A stretch of DNA of 64,000 nucleotides from Dendrobates tinctorius (taxonomy: Eukaryota): positions 1 to 64,000 of the forward strand of contig NW_027362356.1 of assembly GCF_039654945.1 (NCBI RefSeq), given 5' to 3'. This document shows, piece after piece, positions 31,824 through 47,564 of the stretch (positions within the stretch are counted from its first letter, which is position 1; each line of letters opens with the position of its first letter). The notes beneath the pieces are model-generated. The model did no database searches. It saw only the letters and a list, made by a program, of their open reading frames with translations, and was not told where the DNA came from. The translations under genes were made by a program, and so were the position numbers.

Positions 31824-32804
31824 TATATGAAAGGTGTATGCTAACATAACAGGCCGGGACGTGCCTGAGTGTGAATATTGTTTTTTGAGCCCCAAAATCC
31901 TATAAAATGAGAGAAGATGCTTCTGCGGGGTAACGTCGTGTCTCGGTGCTGGATGGCAGCACTTAAGCTTCCCAAATCCCCGGTGAAGCAGGCGGAGTCG
32001 TCCCCCTGCGCCATCTGCTTATCCCTCATCCTAATGCTGTGTGACAGATCTGACAGATGGACACAAGGGGTTGCAGGCTTCTTTGTCTAATGATGATACA
32101 TTTTTCTAATTACATGAGGTTCAAGTGGAAAAATCACCCAAATGTAAGCAGGAGCGGCTGCTCCGGTGTGACCTGACGGGACGGGCTGCTGGTGCAGAAA
32201 CTGGGCCAGGACACTGCGTATACAGCATAGATGCTCTTATATATCTGTCGGTATGCTATTATCCACCCTACAAGCTATGTAGTCTCAGATTTTGGGATTT
32301 AGCACCTAAAACAGTCAGGGCGGCCTTTTCTTCAGTTTTCATTTGTCTTTAAGCTACTGGGTGGAGACTAGGCATTATGATGTCTCCCATACACCGCACA
32401 TACAGACATGAGGGATTCCTGCTCTCCTGTCTCTATGCAGTACTTGATTAGAAGAGCAGCAGCATGGAGGATATTATACATCAGTACTGAGCAGCGTAGC
32501 TGTGAATCCAGCCCTGGGGTGCGATGAACATTCACTATAAACCTACAGTGATTAGTGCATGTTACTCGCCTTTTCCTGGTGCCAATAGTGAGAGTCTCGT
32601 TGCTTTTCTCCATCATCCTGTTTTGTCTGCTTCTGGGAGTCGATTTGCTGTGGCAACCTGTCACATTCCTGTGATGCCTCTCGTCAGGCCACATAACTCG
32701 AATCAGGCGGCAAGACAAGGCTTGATGAATATTTTAGTAGTTGGAGTTCTGCCACTATTTAGTGTTGGAATTCCTCATCCACTTTGACTAAATTAGTACA
32801 GCTT

Positions 32805-33790
32805 TGCTACATCGTTGTCCCAGCACTGCTATCAGCCTCTGCTGTTATAACTCTGCTACATCCTAGTTCCAGCACTGCTATCAGCCTCCGCTGTTATAAC
32901 TCTGCTACATCCTTATTCCAGCACTGCTATCAGCCTCCACTGTTATAATTCTGCTACATCCTAGTTCCAGCACTGCTATCAGCCTCCGCTGTTATAACTC
33001 TGCTACATCCTTATTCCAGCACTGCTATCAGCCTCCACTGTTATAATTCTGCTACATCCTAGTTCCAGCACTGCTATCAGCCTCCGCTGTTATAACTCTG
33101 CTACATCCTTATTCCAGCACTGCTATCATCCTCCGCTGTTGTAACTCTGCTACATCCTTATTCCAGCACTGCTATCAGCCTCCACTGTTATAATTCTGCT
33201 ACATCCTAGTTCCAGCACTGCTATCAGCCTCTGCTGTTATAACTCTGCTACATCCTTATTCCAGCACTGCTATCAGCCTCCACTGTTGTAACTCTGCTAC
33301 ATCCTAGTTCCAGCACTGCTATCAGCCTCCGCTGTTATAACTCTGCTACATCCTCGTTCCAACACTTCCATCAGCCTCTGCTGTTATAACTCTGCTACAT
33401 CCTCGTTCCAGCACTGCCATCAGCCTCCGCTGTTATAACTCTGCTACATCCCTGTTCCAGCACTGCTATCAGCCTCCACTGTTATAACTCTGCTACATCC
33501 CCGTTCCAGCACTGCTATCGTCCTCCGCTGTTATAACTCTGCTACACCCTCGTTCCAGCACTGCTATCAGCCTCCGCTGTTATAACTCTGCTACATCCCC
33601 GTTCCAGCACTGCTATCGTCCTCCGCTGTTATAACTCTGCTACACCCTCGTTCCAGCACTGCTATCAGCCTCCGCTGTTATAACTCTGCTACATCCCCGT
33701 TCCAGCACTGCTATCGTCCTCCGCTGTTATAACTCTGCTACATCCTTGTTCTAGCTCTGCTATAAGCCTCCACTGCTACAACTCTGTTGT
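32805..33790. repeat. 49-bp minisatellite (CCAGCACTGCTATCAGCCTCCGCTGTTATAACTCTGCTACATCCTAGTT)
   Basis: About 20 tandem units. Confidence 0.95.
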
Positions 33791-34517
33791 TTTGTTGTTG
33801 TTCCAGCTCTGCCACATCAGCTGTCATTATTACATAAATCTTCAATGTCCCTGCTCTGCTGCATCAGTTTAGCATCATGCCTACAGCCCAGCTCCTCCTT
33901 TCTGCTGCACCAGTAGAACATTTCCATGTTGCTTAAAGTGACTCTGTCATGATGATCAAACTTCTGCTCCCCCCACCCTGCCCATATTATGATGTTAGTC
34001 ACTGGAAGATAAACCAATCTGTGCCTTTCTTTATAAAAGCTGTAGCTCCATAACTAAAAAATCCACATTTTCATCCATATGCAAAAGAGGCTAAAATGCT
34101 CTGGGTGTGATCGGAGCATTTCAGAAGCCTCTGTCTCCCCAGCTCTACTCCCCAGTTTTTACCATCATCTTCTGCTTGACTGACAGTTCACTTACTATAT
34201 AGTCCAGCTAGAGGATGTCAAACCAACAAAACACGGTATAGATTGGCTTATCTTTCAATTAGCTACATGCAGTGGGGTAAATAGAGTCCGATGGAACCTG
34301 GTGCAAAATATGGACCTGGTGCAAAATATGGACCTGGGACATCCCTGCATGTAGGTCAGATGTATGGGCCCTTGTAGCATTCTAAATCCTGCAAAGACAT
34401 ATGTGTTTCCCACATGCCCCTTTGTGGCATATATGTCCCCTATCCTGGGCCCCTTCCTGGCATATATGTCGTCCATTCTGGGCCTTACCTAGCATATATG
34501 TCCCCGATCCTGATATA

Positions 34518-35260
34518 CACTGCTCAAAAAATAAAGGAAACACTTAAACAACAGAATATAGCTCCAAGTAAATCAAGCTTCTGTGAAATCAAACTGTCCA
34601 CTTAGGAAGCAACACTGATTGACAATCAATGTCACATGCTGCTGTGCAAATGGAATAGACAACAGATGGAAATTATTGGCAATTATCAAGACACACTCAA
34701 TAAAGGAGTGGTTCTGCAGGTGGGGACCACAGACCACATCTCAGTACCAATGCTTTCTGGCTGATGTTTTGGTCACTTTTGAATGTTGGTTGCGCTTTCA
34801 CACTCGTGGTAGCATGAGACGGACTCTACAACCCACACAAGTGGCTCAGGTAGTGCAGCTCATCCAGGATGGCACATCAATGCGAGCTGTGGCAAGAAGG
34901 TTTGCTGTGTCATTCAGCGTAGTGTCCAGAGGCTGGAGGCACTACCAGGAGACAGGCCAGTACGCCATAAGATGTGGAGGGAGCAGTAGGAGGGCAACAA
35001 AGCAGCAACAGGACCGCTACCTCCGCCTTTGTGCAAGGAGGAACATTAGGAGCACTGCCAGAGTCCTGCAAAATGACCTCCAGCAGGCCACAAATGTGCA
35101 TGTGTCTGCACAAACAGAAACCGACTCCAAGAGGATGGTCTGAATACCCGACGTCCACAGATGGGGGATGTGCTCAGTGGACAGTTAGATTTCACAGAAG
35201 TTTGATTTCTTGGAGATATATTCTGTTGTTTAAGTGTTCCCTTTATTTTTTTGAGCAGTG
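34518..35260 (+). mobile_element. Internally deleted Tc1-like transposon
   Basis: TA-flanked TIRs CACTGCTCAAAAAATAAAGG / CCCTTTATTTTTTTGAGCAGTG. It retains the DNA-binding region only ([33 protein letters not shown]...). Confidence 0.88.
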
Positions 35261-35499
35261 TATATGTCCCCCATCCTGGGCCCCTTCCTAGTATATATGT
35301 CCCCCATACTGGTATATATGTCCCTTATCCTGGAGCCCTTCCTGGCATCTATGTCACCAATCCTGGTCTGAGGGCGCACATCCAGCTAAAGTAGACGCTG
35401 GGGCTGGCCCACCCCACCTCCCCCTCCACGAGCCCTTAACAGGTCAACCTATGTCGACGGAGCAGAGGAAGAAGAATGTATTTTTTTATTATTATGCAG

Positions 35500-37440
35500 A
35501 ACTGGGAACATCTATATTAGGATGAGGAACATGTGTACCAGGATGGGGAACATGTTTATCAGGATGGGAAACATATATATCACGATGGGGAACATGCATA
35601 TCGTGATGGGGAACATGTATATCAGGATGGGGAACAGATATACCAGGCTGGGGAACATATATATCAGGATGGGGAACAGATATACCAGGCTGGGGAACAT
35701 ATATATCAGGATGGGGAACAGATATACCAGGCTGGGGAACAGATATACCAGGCTGGGGAACAGATATATCAGGATGGGGAACAGATATACCAGGATGGGG
35801 AACATGTATATCAGGATGGGGAACAGATATACCAGGCTGGGGAACATGTATATCAGGATGGGGAACAGATATACCAGGCTGGGGAACATGTATATCAGGA
35901 TGGGGAACAGATATACCAGGCTGGGGAACATATATATCAGGATGGGGAACAGATATACCAGGCTGGGGAACATGTATATCAGGATGGGGAACAGATATAC
36001 CAGGCTGGGGAACATGTATATCAGGATGGGGAACAGATATACCAGGCTGGGGAACATATATATCAGGATGGGGAACAGATATACCAGGCTGGGGAACATA
36101 TATATCAGGATGGGGAACAGATATACCAGGCTGGGGAACATATATATCAGGATGGGGAACAGATATACCAGGCTGGGGAACATATATATCAGGATGGGGA
36201 ACAGATATACCAGGCTGGGGAACATATATATCAGGATGGGGAACAGATATACCAGGCTGGGGAACATATATATCAGGATGGGGAACAGATATACCAGGCT
36301 GGGGAACATATATATCAGGATGGGGAACAGATATACCAGGCTGGGGAACATATATATCAGGATGGGGAACAGATATACCAGGCTGGGGAACAGATATATC
36401 AGGATGGGGAACAGATATACCAGGATGGGGAACATGTATATCAGGATGGGGAACAGATATACCAGGCTGGGGAACATATATATCAGGATGGGGAACAGAT
36501 ATACCAGGCTGGGGAACAGATATACCAGGCTGGGGAACAGATATATCAGGATGGGGAACAGATATACCAGGCTGGGGAACATGTATATCAGGATGGGGAA
36601 CAGATATACCAGGCTGGGGAACATATATATCAGGATGGGGAACAGATATACCAGGCTGGGGAACATATATATCAGGATGGGGAACAGATATACCAGGCTG
36701 GGGAACATGTATATCAGGATGGGGAACAGATATACCAGGCTGGGGAACATGTATATCAGGATGGGGAACAGATATACCAGGCTGGGGAACATATATATCA
36801 GGATGGGGAACAGATATACCAGGCTGGGGAACATATATATCAGGCTGGGGAACATATATATCAGGATGGGGAACAGATATACCAGGCTGGGGAACATATA
36901 TATCAGGATGGGGAACATATATATCAGGATGGGGAACAGATATACCAGGCTGGGGAACAGATATATCAGGATGGGGAACAGATATACCAGGCTGGGGAAC
37001 ATGTATATCAGGATGGGGAACAGATATACCAGGCTGGGGAACATATATATCAGGATGGGGAACAGATATACCAGGCTGGGGAACATATATATCAGGATGG
37101 GGAACAGATATACCAGGCTGGGGAACATGTATATCAGGATGGGGAACAGATATACCAGGCTGGGGAACATGTATATCAGGATGGGGAACAGATATACCAG
37201 GCTGGGGAACATATATATCAGGATGGGGAACAGATATACCAGGCTGGGGAACATATATATCAGGCTGGGGAACATATATATCAGGATGGGGAACAGATAT
37301 ACCAGGCTGGGGAACATATATATCAGGATGGGGAACATGTATACCAGGATGGGGAACATGTATAAGGATGGGGAACACGTGTATCACGATGGGGAAAATG
37401 TATACCAGGATTTGGAACATATATAACAGGATGGGGGACC
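35500..37440. repeat. 21-bp minisatellite with 42-bp higher-order unit (CAGGMTGGGGAACAKRTATAY)
   Basis: About 90 units. A related degenerate array in the opposite orientation lies at 34400-34517 and 35261-35370. Confidence 0.96.
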
Positions 37441-39749
37441 GCGACCGTTGCGCCCCTGGATACATGACAATATGGGCAATTTGGAGTGTGTGTGGGGTGA
37501 TTCAATTGTCATGACAGATTCTCTTTAAGACCTGCTATTCCAGATTGGGGCCTTGGAGGAAAGTCATAATAGTGTGTCTCCCACTACTGTCTCGATGCTG
37601 CCCCCATACATAGACTTCAATAGGCAGCGGTAATCTGGTTTTGACCATGATGGGTGTTAGCAGCATTTCAGAATGACTGAAGCGTTCAGGAGGATGACAA
37701 GTTTCTTATATTCTCTTGTACTTTTGTACACAGTAACCATTTACAGGACAGTCTCCAGGTTCCGGTGGTCCTGCCCAGTGACTCTCGGCTTTCAGCTTCA
37801 CTCCTGACAATCCAGGCCCAGTGCCTGGTGCTCTCAGATGATCCGTTCTAAGGGGGCCTTATATTGGACGATACCCTGTGTGATCCCTTCTGTGAGGGAC
37901 CTCCGACCACATGGTGTATGGCAATGGAGTGCTGCACCTTACACTACAAAATAATATATTTTACAGTACACGAAGTATCAATGCCATATAGTGCTGGCAC
38001 ATTACCCTCATACTGTGACAGCTCTATTCTGAAGTAATCTAATAGCAGTGCTGCACAATGTTTGCATAAAACTGCCCAACAGCAGTGTATGGGGTGAACA
38101 CTTTGGGATAGTGTGTCTCTTTGAGAGTAGAGTGGTTCTAAAATTAGTGATTACAGAAGGGTGCAGGTGTACATAGATGTCCGCTGAAAAACTTTACTCA
38201 CAAGGAGATGATGTGAGGCAACATATTGACATTTTGCTTGCATTTTCCTCAGCAGCACTTCCATCTCAGCTGCGTTCACAGCACTGGTCTCTTCTCGATG
38301 GCAGAAATACCTGGCTCTAGCTCTTGTCTGACACTTTGCCTACAGTCTACCACATCACAGTTCCTAAATACACAGGTGCCCGTCTCCTTACCATACCTAG
38401 AGGGCACCAGCTTCCACACTCCCCTGGTGTGGACATTTCATCGACCATCACCGGCATCTTTCTCTTCCCCGTTGCTGGTAGATGGACTCTTCACAGGTAG
38501 ACTGGTCTCTAGCTTCACACAAAACGGGTCAGGCTGGAGCTCTGTTACTCCTCCATGGACCTATGGTGATGCCCCATAATGGCAAGTGCTACTGGCTTTC
38601 ATTGCTAGCGAACTATGGCACCTGGGGGACACAGACAAAAAATGGCCCCTTTATCAATAACAATATAAGGGCTCATTGCAGCCCAAAAGCTCCTAGAAAT
38701 TACTTACAGGTGTAAGTACTGGGGACCCAGAGAATATGGAGGTGTCAACGTGCGACATCCGCCGTATCTCTGTACGGCTCCAGAGGCCACGTTATACAGC
38801 CAGCACCGGTGTTCCATGAGGTTGTAGCTGAGAGGAGACATCCACTCCAACATTCATCGCCCTACTCCTCTCCTGGAGCAGGACTGCTGGGTGCCGCCAT
38901 CTTTGTACACCTATGAAGTCCAGCCTGCTCAACCAATGTTATACTACAAGTGATCACAGGTCAAGTCCCGTAGGAGATCCAGAAAAATTGTATATAAAAA
39001 AGCCCCTACCTCCAAAAAAAATCTAGAAAACAAAAAAAAAAATGAACATATCCTTTATTGCCGCTCGCATTACTGCCCAAAGGAAACCATTCTGAAACAA
39101 ACACTACAAAATCTGAAAGAGCAGAATCGCCATTTTTGGTCACTTCGCCCCCCTCCCTCTCCAGAACAATGGAATAAAAACTTTTGGTATTTTTTTTTGT
39201 AAAAAGGGCGAGCGATATTTTTTTTTTCTCTCTGTCCTTGAAAAATTGGAGCGTTTGCCATAAACACATGATGTGAAATCAGCAGCTGCCGGCCAGAGGG
39301 GCATGTATGACCCTGGGGTTCAGAGACGGGAGGACCGATCCCGACACACCTGATGGGACTGATGCGTCATGTACGGGGTTTTCTACGTCGCTATTATTTT
39401 TAGTCCTCTGGCATTTTTATAGATTGGCACCAAATTCTTCAAAATGGCGCACGTTCTCATAAAAGAAAGCAAAATTTATAGAAAAAAAAAGTGGTAAAGA
39501 TTGTGACTTACTAAAAAGTTGTAATCGATGAATCAGCCAAAAACATTTGAGGACCCCAAACCTCGTCCCCAACGGGAACCATTAAAAAAAGACGAAAACA
39601 TAAAAAATATAGATTTAGAAAAAAAAAAGCCCAAATTAAAGACTAAAGCACAAATGAAAAACACCGAAACAAAAAAAAGGACAGAAATGTAATAATCAGT
39701 TTTATTCCCTTAATTAGAAAAAAAAATGCAACCTCACGCAGATCAGCAG

Positions 39750-39900
39750 CGAGAACTACAACTCCCAGCATGCTCCGACACCCCGATCACGTGCTCAGTG
39801 CGGCGCAGTGATGACGTAGACAATACGCTCGGCCCAGGAGGCTGTCGGGAGTTGTAGTTTCTCCTTTCTGACTTCCTGTGTAAACAGCCCGGAGCTGGAG
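39750..39900 (+). promoter_or_regulatory. Promoter of the RNF11-like gene
   Basis: ACTACAACTCCCAGCATGC (ZNF143/SBS-type motif) at 39755-39773 and an inverted copy GGGAGTTGTAGT at 39847-39858. Also E-box CACGTG ~39788, TGACGT ~39813 and ETS-like ACTTCCTG ~39871. Confidence 0.7.
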
Positions 39901-39933
39901 ACTTTGTTTCTCGGGGAGCCCCGGGATTGGGGG

Positions 39934-42768
39934 ATGGGGAACTGTCTGTCCTCGCAGACTGCCGATGATCAGTCCCTGCTCAACGATTCAGACGGTGTCA
40001 GCCTGCCCGGGGATCCGCCGCCGCCATACCAGGTGATCGCCCCCTCCATCATCATCTTCATATGGATAGGGGTGCTGGGGGGCCGCACATCATCATCAGT
40101 CAGTGTGATGTCTGCTCCCAAGTCATCATCTACGGGCTCTTCTATTATTAACCCCTTCCTTTTGTGGCCATTTTTCTTTTCTTGCTCTTTCATTTATTCC
40201 ATTTGTGCCGTTGTTTTTGCAGCTTTTTTTTATGCTGGCTGTGTAATTTTGCATGTCAGGACCTTACGGGGTAAATGCCTTTATATTGTGATAGATCGGA
40301 CTTTTTTTCATATCTTTATACATCTTAAAGGGAAGGGGGATTTAAAGGGGTCGTCCCTGGATCAAAACTGCAACAGATCATTAAAAAAGAAGTGTTTCCA
40401 CAATTGGATAGAAACTGATGTTTTATTTATTTTCCTCATTTATATAGCGCCATTAATTCCACAGCACATTACAGACATTATTATAGTGCTGTATCCTGTG
40501 TAACTGTCCATGTGGAGGCGCTGCAGCTGCCGGCACGTCCAGAAGGAGGAGGGAATGTCTCCTAGTGATGGCGCTGTTCTCCTCCTCGCTGCCTGTAGCG
40601 ATGGTTTGTGTTGCTCAGAGGTTTAGTGCAGGATTTAAAGGGAATCTGTCCGCAAAGTTTTTACTACTCTATTTAAAAGCAGCATAATGTAGGGGCAGAG
40701 ACCCTGATTCCAGTGATGTCTCACTTATTGGGCTGCTTACTGTAGTTTTCACTAAAAAAAAAAGGTGATTTCTCTGCGCCGATCCAGCAGTGCTCAGAAT
40801 GCTGAGCTCTGTATAACCCCGCCCACACCACTGGCTGCTTTCTGCCTAGCCACAGTGTATTTAAACAGCAGTGATTGGGGGTAACTGATCGCTGCTGTTA
40901 GAGACTACTGATGGACATATAGCAGATATGTGGGCTTCAAGGTAGGGGCCCTATGCATTGGGGCTCCTAAAGACCTTGGCCAACTTGTGACCTGCGCATA
41001 TGTGGGCAGTACGGAGACTCATATAGCCACACAGTATCCTCCCCTTGTATTAGATCTCGAGATTTGTAATGGAGATTTCAGGTAAAAGTAATCTTGACTG
41101 GTCCTAGTGTCTTACAAAATAATTGTCAGTTGTAATATCCTTTTACGTTTTCGGTTGTCAGCTTTCAATTTTTTACTTTACCTTTAGGAGCAAGAGCCAG
41201 ACCCTGTCTATCACCCCACACCCAGCCAGACCCGACTCGCTACTCAGCTGACCGAAGAAGAACAGGTGTGGATTGCTCAAAGAATCGGCCTTATACAGCA
41301 CCTGCCTAAAGGCAGATACGACCCCGGGTCCGAACCATGCGAGAAGAAACCAAAAGAGTGAGTGAACTTACTGCAAATGTCATGACAATGTGATGTATAG
41401 TGCCGCTCTATGTACAAGAATATAACTACTATAATACTGCCCCTATGTACAAGAATATAACTACTATAATACTGCCCCTATGTACAAGAATATAACTACT
41501 ATAATACTGCCCCCGATGTACAAGAATATAACTACTATAATACTGCTCCTATGTACAAGAATATAACTACTATAATACTGCCCCTATGTACAAGAATATA
41601 ACTACTATAATACTGCTCCCTATGTACAAGAATATAACTACTATAATACTGCTCCTATGTACAAGAATATAACTACTATAATACTGCCCCTATGTACAAG
41701 AATATAACTACTATAATACTGCTCCCTATGTACAAGAATATAACTACTATAATACTGCCCCCTATGTACAAGAATATAACTACTATAATACTGCTCCTAT
41801 GTACAAGCATATAACTACTATAATACTGCCCCCTATGTACAAGCATATAACTACTATAATACTGCCCCCTATGTACAAGAATATAACTACTATAATACTG
41901 CCCCTATGTACAAGAATATAACTACTATAATACTGCTCCCTATGTACAAGAATATAACTACTATAATACTGCCCCCTATGTACAAGAATATAACTACTAT
42001 AATACTGCTCCTATGTACAAGCATATAACTACTATAATACTGCCCCCTATGTACAAGCATATAACTACTATAATACTGCCCCCTATGTACAAGAATATAA
42101 CTACTATAATACTGCCCCTATGTACAAGAATATAACTACTATAATACTGCTCCTATGTACAAGAATATAACTACTATAATACTGCCCCCTATGTACAAGA
42201 ATATAACTACTATAATACTGCCCCCTATGTACAAGAATATAACTACTATAATACTGCCCCCTATGTACAAGAATATAACTACTATAATACTGCTCCTATG
42301 TACAAGAATATAACTACTATAATACTGCTCCTATGTACAAGAATATAACTACTATAATACTGCTCCTATGTATAAGAATATAACTACTATAATACTGCCC
42401 CTATGAAAAGAATATAACTGCTATACTACTGCCCCTATGTACAAGAATATAACTACTATAACACTGCCCCTATGTACAGGAGTATATCTACTATAATACA
42501 GCAGGGCAAGGATAAGCATGTGCCGTTTGCTTCGTACATGTGGTCACCAGGTCGGTGCTGTTCTCTCTGTAGGTGTGTGATCTGTATGCTGGATTTCGTT
42601 GGTGGGGACCCGGTCCGCTTCCTGCCTTGCATGCACGTCTACCACATGGAGTGTATAGATAACTGGCTCATGCGATCGTTCACGTGCCCTTCCTGCATGG
42701 AGCCGGTGGACGCTGCTCTGCTCTCCTCTTATGAGACATGCCGAACGGACGGTGTCACAGATCGGTGA
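39934..42768 (+). CDS. RNF11: RING finger protein 11-like (RNF11 family RING-H2 protein), 154 aa, 3 exons
   Basis: Exons 39934-40032, 41188-41357 and 42573-42768 (GT-AG, in phase). Features: MGNCL myristoylation-type start, PPPPY motif, YHPTPSQTRLATQLTEEEQ, and the RING-H2 CVICMLDF...PCMHVYHMECIDNWLMRSFTCPSC. It may be a paralog rather than the 1:1 ortholog of human RNF11. Confidence 0.9.
41408..42500. repeat. 35-36-bp minisatellite (TATGTACAAGAATATAACTACTATAATACTGCCCC) in RNF11-like intron 2
   Basis: About 30 tandem units. Confidence 0.96.
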
Positions 42769-43430
42769 TATCATGGCAGCCGGCGACGCTTGCCGCTCTG
42801 GCAAAAATTACGTCCATCTCGTGACTAGGCTTCTCCTCGAGTCCTGAGATGATTAACCAGCTGCTTGATGGATCCAGGACCATGGATTTTGGAGCTTCCC
42901 GCATGTGGGACATGGTCTGTATTACATATGACTGGAATGTGAAAGGACTGAGCAGAGGAGCCAGCCCCCTTCTTAAAGGGGCCTTTCTAGACCCTCCGGT
43001 GGGTTTCAGGTTTCTCATCTCGTCGGCCATTGCCTTACAGGACACACTTCATCTCACAGTGTTGGGGTACACGGCTGCATCCCGGGTCATCAAATCTTCT
43101 ACCAATCGTAGAGAGAAACTGTAGTTCTCATGACAACAATTTTGCTTGTGCGAGTGTGTGCCTGCAGAGGTGGAGTGCGAGCTGGAGTGACGCGAGGCTT
43201 AAAGATTAATAGGGGTCCCTGACACCAACTAAGCCCCTTTTAAGACTTTACCCCTTAGAGTTTTCAATAGTACCAGAGTACGGCTGGAAACTTACATGTA
43301 GCAACTGTGTAATGACATTATAGTATAACACTGATCCCGAGTTACATCCGGTATTATACCCCAGAGCTGCACTCACTATTCTGCTGGTGCAGTCACTGTG
43401 TACATACATTACATTACTGATCCTGAGTTA

Positions 43431-45062
<1,632 letters not shown>

Positions 45063-45957
45063 TATGTATACAGTTACTTCTCCACCAGAAGAACAGTGAG
45101 TGCAGCTCTGGGGTATAATACAGGATGTAACTCAGGATCAGTAATGTATGTACACAGTGACTGCACCATCAGAATAGTGAGTGCAGCTCTGGAGTACAAT
45201 ACAGGATGTAACTCAGGATCAGTACCAGGGCTGTGGAGTCGGAGTCGTGGAGTTGGTATAAAATGGACCGACTCCGACTCCCAAAATATATAAAATTGGG
45301 TACAGTAGTTCAATGCAGAATGTGCTGAATATTTTTTCATAGGAATTTGGGAAAGTTATGAAATGTCCTATAAATGGCTGTTCTATTCCTGATCTAAGGC
45401 TACATTCACACACAGCGTTTTTGCTGCGTTTTTTGAGGATACGTTTTTCAGCTGGAAAAGCAGATCAGCTTTTTAAAAACCGCATCACCTGAAAGGTTTT
45501 TGAGCTCATAGATGTTTTCAATAGCAAAAGCAGATTAGAAATCTGCTCTATCCATCTATCTATCCATATCTTATCTGTACCAAAAAGAATGAAAGCCTGG
45601 TAGCACACAGACTAACGCTATATTTTTTTTTTAGCACCAGTCAGGTACACCTCATAGCTTCCCAAAAGGATGCCCAGGACAGGCATTGCTCGTCTTCAGT
45701 AACACATCAACATCAATTGATAGTATAAATAGATTGCATTCACCACCACATCTTCTTAAGGTGCAGGCTTTATTTTCAAATGTAGGGGTGTGCAGTATGA
45801 GGTTCTGGAACAGCTGAGGCGTGCAGTATGAGGTTCTATTACCCCCCCCCCCCCAAAAGGTTTGATCCTGGCTTTGCCCATGGTGTGAATGTAGCCTGAG
45901 GATCTAGGGTTTGTCTCAGCTGAGAGAAGTCATAGTGTTATATATTACACACACACA

Positions 45958-47564
45958 CAGTACAGACCAAAAGTTTAGACACACCTTCTCAATCAAAGAG
46001 TTTTCTTTACTTTCATGACTATGATAATTGTAGATTCACTCTGAAGGCATCAAAACTATGAATTAGCACATGTGGAATTATATAATTAGCAAAAAAGTGT
46101 GAAACAACTGAAAATGTCTTATATTCTAGGTTCTTCAAAGTAGCCACCTTTTGCTTTGATTACTGCTTTGCACACTCTTGGCATGCTCTTGATGAGCTTC
46201 AAGAGGTAGTCACTGGAAATGGTTTTCACTTCACAGGTGTGCCCTGTCAGGTTTAATAAGTGGGATTTCTTGCCTTATAAATGGGGTTGGGACCATCAGT
46301 TGTGATGTACAGAAGTCTGGTGGATACACAGCTGATAGTCTTACTGAATAGACTGTTAGCTGCTTTTTTCTTGCCATAATACAAATTCTAAGTAAAGAAA
46401 AACGAGTGGCCATCATTACTTTAAGAAATGAAGGTCAGTCAGTCCGAAAAATTGGGAAAACTTTGAAAGTGTCCCCAAGTGCAGTGGCAAAAACCATCAA
46501 GCGCTACAAAGAAACTGGCTCACATGAGGACCGCCCCAGGAAAGGAAGACCAAGAGTCACCTCTGCTGCGGAGGATAAGTTCATCCGAGTCACCAGCTTC
46601 AGAAATCGCAGGTTAACAGCAGCTCAGATTAGAGACCAGGTCAATGCCACACAGAGTTCTAGCAGCAGACAACTGTTAAGAGGAGACTGTGCAGCAGGCC
46701 TTCATGGTAAAATAGCTGCTAGGAAACCACTGCTAAGGACAGGCAACAAGCAGAAGAGACTTGTTTGGGCTAAAGAACACAAGGCATGGACATTAGACCA
46801 GTGGAAATCTGTGCTTTGGTCTGATGAGTCCAAATTTGAGATCTTTGGTTCCAACCACCGTGTCTTTGTGCGACGCAGAAAAGGTGAACGGATGGACTCT
46901 ACATGCCTGGTTCCCACCGTGAAGCATGGAGGAGGTGTGATGGTGTGGGGGGGCTTTGCTGGTGACACTGTTGGGGATTTATTCAAAATTGAAGGCATAC
47001 TGAACCAGCATGGCTACCACAGCATCTTGCAGCGGCATGCTATTCCATCCGATTTGCGTTTAGTTGGACCATCATTTATTTTTCAACAGGACAATGACCC
47101 CAAACCCACCTCCAGGCTGTGTAAGGGCTATTTGACCAAGGAGGAGAGTGATGGGGTGCTACGCCAGATGACCTGGCCTCCACAGTCACCAGACCAGGAC
47201 CCAATCGAGATGGTTTGGGGTGAGCTGGACCGCAGAGTGAAGTCAAAAGGGCCAACAAGTGCTAAGCATCTCTGGGAACTCCTTCAAGACTGTTGGAAGA
47301 CCATTTCCGGTGACTACCTCTTGAAGCTCATCAAGAGAATGCCAAGAGTGTGCAAAGCAGTAATCAAAGCAAAAGGTGGCTACTTTGAAGAACCTAGAAT
47401 ATAAGACATTTTCAGTTGTTTCACACTTTTTTGTTAATTATATAATTCCACATGTGTTAATTCATAGTTTTGATGCCTTCAGAGTGAATCTACAATTTTC
47501 ATAGTCATGAAAATAAAGAAAACTCTTTGAATGGGAAGGTGTGTCCAAACTTTGGTCTGTACTG
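45958..47564 (+). mobile_element. Tc1/mariner DD38E (Intruder-type) transposon, defective
   Basis: ~200-bp TIRs CAGTACAGACCAAAAGTTT.GACACACCTTC / GAAGGTGTGTCCAAACTTTGGTCTGTACTG-TA. Confidence 0.92.
46360..47404 (+). pseudogene. DD38E transposase, start codon inverted, several motif substitutions
   Basis: [17 protein letters not shown] and SPDQDPIE with 38 residues between D and E. There is no sense ATG at the start because the N-terminus lies in an inverted 28-bp segment. Confidence 0.85.

Noticed and set aside
35492-37465. 600+ aa ORFs in four frames
   Set aside because: They are translations of a stop-poor 21-bp minisatellite, with no splice or promoter context and no protein family signal.
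39904-40503. 199-aa ORF with hydrophobic stretch
   Set aside because: This is RNF11-like exon 1 read through into intron 1. The true CDS starts at ATG 39934 and splices at 40032.
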